NCBI RefSeq assembly: GCF_036365525.1
Contig: NC_090413.1
Location: forward strand, 23,074,299-23,138,298
Reading direction: 5' to 3'
DNA: 64,000 bases
From: Heterodontus francisci
Lineage: Eukaryota
A program made the position numbers and the translations under genes. The notes beneath the pieces are model-generated. The model was given only the letters and a program-made list of their open reading frames with translations. It was not told the DNA's origin and searched no databases. Below are positions 62,707 to 64,000 of the stretch, one piece after another (positions within the stretch are counted from its first letter, which is position 1; every line of letters begins with the position of its first letter).

Positions 62707-63000
62707 GTAAAGCCTGGCTCAGGTATAAAATTATAACCTGACCCGACCACAGCCAATCCGAACCCTTTAATTCTTTTTTTGCACCCGACCCCGAATCTCC
62801 TTCATTTGTTCCGGCAGCAGGCTATTCCTGCAGCTGGAGCTTGTGGGAAATCTTGGGTAAGCCTGATCCCGTGACTTCCTGGAAGCAGTGTCCAGCCCGA
62901 CCCGACCGGAGCCCGAATGCTGGACTCGGAATTCCGACCCGACCCGAACCCGACACCTAGTCATGTCTAGTCGGGTTTGGGTTGGGTTGCCAGGCTTTAC
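62707..63000. mobile_element. Small hAT-like MITE
   Basis: Perfect 12-bp TIRs gtaaagcctggc / gccaggctttac; subterminal CCCGA repeats; degenerate ~8-bp flank similarity ctgtgtgg / cactgtgg. Confidence 0.7.
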
Positions 63001-63409
63001 ACTGTGGAGGATGTTGTTTTAATGTTCTAAGTGCAGAAACACAGGAGCTCCCAACACTGACTGCCGTGTGGCTTCTCTTTTGCAGAAAGGAATTGTCGCG
63101 AGTTGGAAAAGAGCAGGCTTTTAGAAGACCCAATTGTCAAGCCAGTAAAGGCAGAGGAGAACAGAGAGTGCGCAACACACACAAACCAAAGAGAGTGAGA
63201 GAGAGAAAAAGCCACAGGCTTAGAGACAAAGGGAAACAGCGCAACATGGCTGAGAGTAAGAAAGAAAGGATCAGAATTCGGGAGGAACAGAAAGGGAAAA
63301 GGGCTCACAGAGAACAGACCACAGTAAGTGAGAAACAGGAAGATTTATTGGTGGGAAAGTGGCTTTACTAAAGTTGCTTTCACAGCAGCTTTGGCAGCCT
63401 CAGAACTTC

Positions 63410-64000
63410 AAAATACCACTCAAACCTTTAAGAAAGCTGGCACTTTCACACTGTTACTATGCAGTAGCAACACATGTGGTGTTCGCCACTAACAGGATGC
63501 TGCCGTCAAGCCAAAAAGACATTCTGCCTATCACAGAAATTAGTAATGTGATATATGAATTTCAATGCTAGGTATGTAGGCCTTGCGTCCCAAAGACATC
63601 GTATCAAACAACATGTCCCTTCTGCTGTTTGCAGCGTGCAAGGTACAGGCCGTACCCAACCAGCCCGTGCTTGTAAAACTCAAAACACAGTGTCCAACAT
63701 CTGATGTGATTCTGCGATTGGACAACATTTGCTAAATAATCCTCAGTGTGCGAAGAATTACGCAGACAATCAATTTAAGATGGTCAGTCGGGCTTGCAGT
63801 GTGGCGCATTTGCACATACTGGAAGCTACGTATATAAATACACAGGGCCATGTTCTTTGCAGACATAAAGAACATATACACACATTGCGCCTGTTTCAGC
63901 TAAACACAATAAGTGACAGCCGCTTGCTGGTTCATTCCTCAGGGCAATGCCTTGACCAATCAGAGTCAAGCTGCCTGGTTTAAATTTCAAACAAAGCTTG
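63410..64000 (+). mobile_element. Penelope-like retroelement, decayed GIY-YIG endonuclease region
   Basis: KDILPITEISNVIYEFQC...YVG...RIKQHVP...SAIGQHLLNNPQC...LHILEATYI...LCRHKE across frameshifts and stops. Confidence 0.85.

Noticed and set aside
62982-63371. 129-aa Lys/Arg/Glu-rich ORF as an RNF11 exon or new gene
   Set aside because: No similarity to RNF11 exon 2 or a RING domain; purine-rich low-complexity sequence between two transposon remnants.

Overview
Eukaryotic, intron-rich vertebrate DNA, most likely from a shark or other chondrichthyan. That assignment is inferred from the repeat content: CR1/HER1-type LINEs, V-SINE/HE1-like, Deu-domain SacSINE1-like and LF-SINE-like SINEs, and Penelope-like elements. 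Gene order, reconstructed by hand from splice sites and reading phases: (1) a candidate unrecognised gene on the minus strand (exons 4384-4332 and 94-<1) whose first intron is a gapped ~4 kb C/T tract; (2) a two-exon INK4 CDK inhibitor, best called CDKN2D/p19 (9226-9363 + 16058-16432, 170 aa); (3) a complete 19-coding-exon KRI1 (24911-54177, ~768 aa); (4) the first coding exon of an RNF11-like gene (59709-59885). The most notable points are the CDKN2D-KRI1-RNF11-like linkage, loss of the canonical PPxY motif in the RNF11-like protein, and Arg substitutions in conserved INK4 motifs. Also notable are minimal hammerhead-ribozyme motifs in Penelope-type termini, a TSD-flanked 63-bp hairpin insertion centred on that motif, and a perfect 58-bp AT-rich palindrome. 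The long Pro-rich and Gly/Arg/Glu-rich ORFs at 164-4424 are low-complexity artefacts. Gene and repeat-family names come from recalled similarity, not from database searches. Repeat boundaries are approximate.
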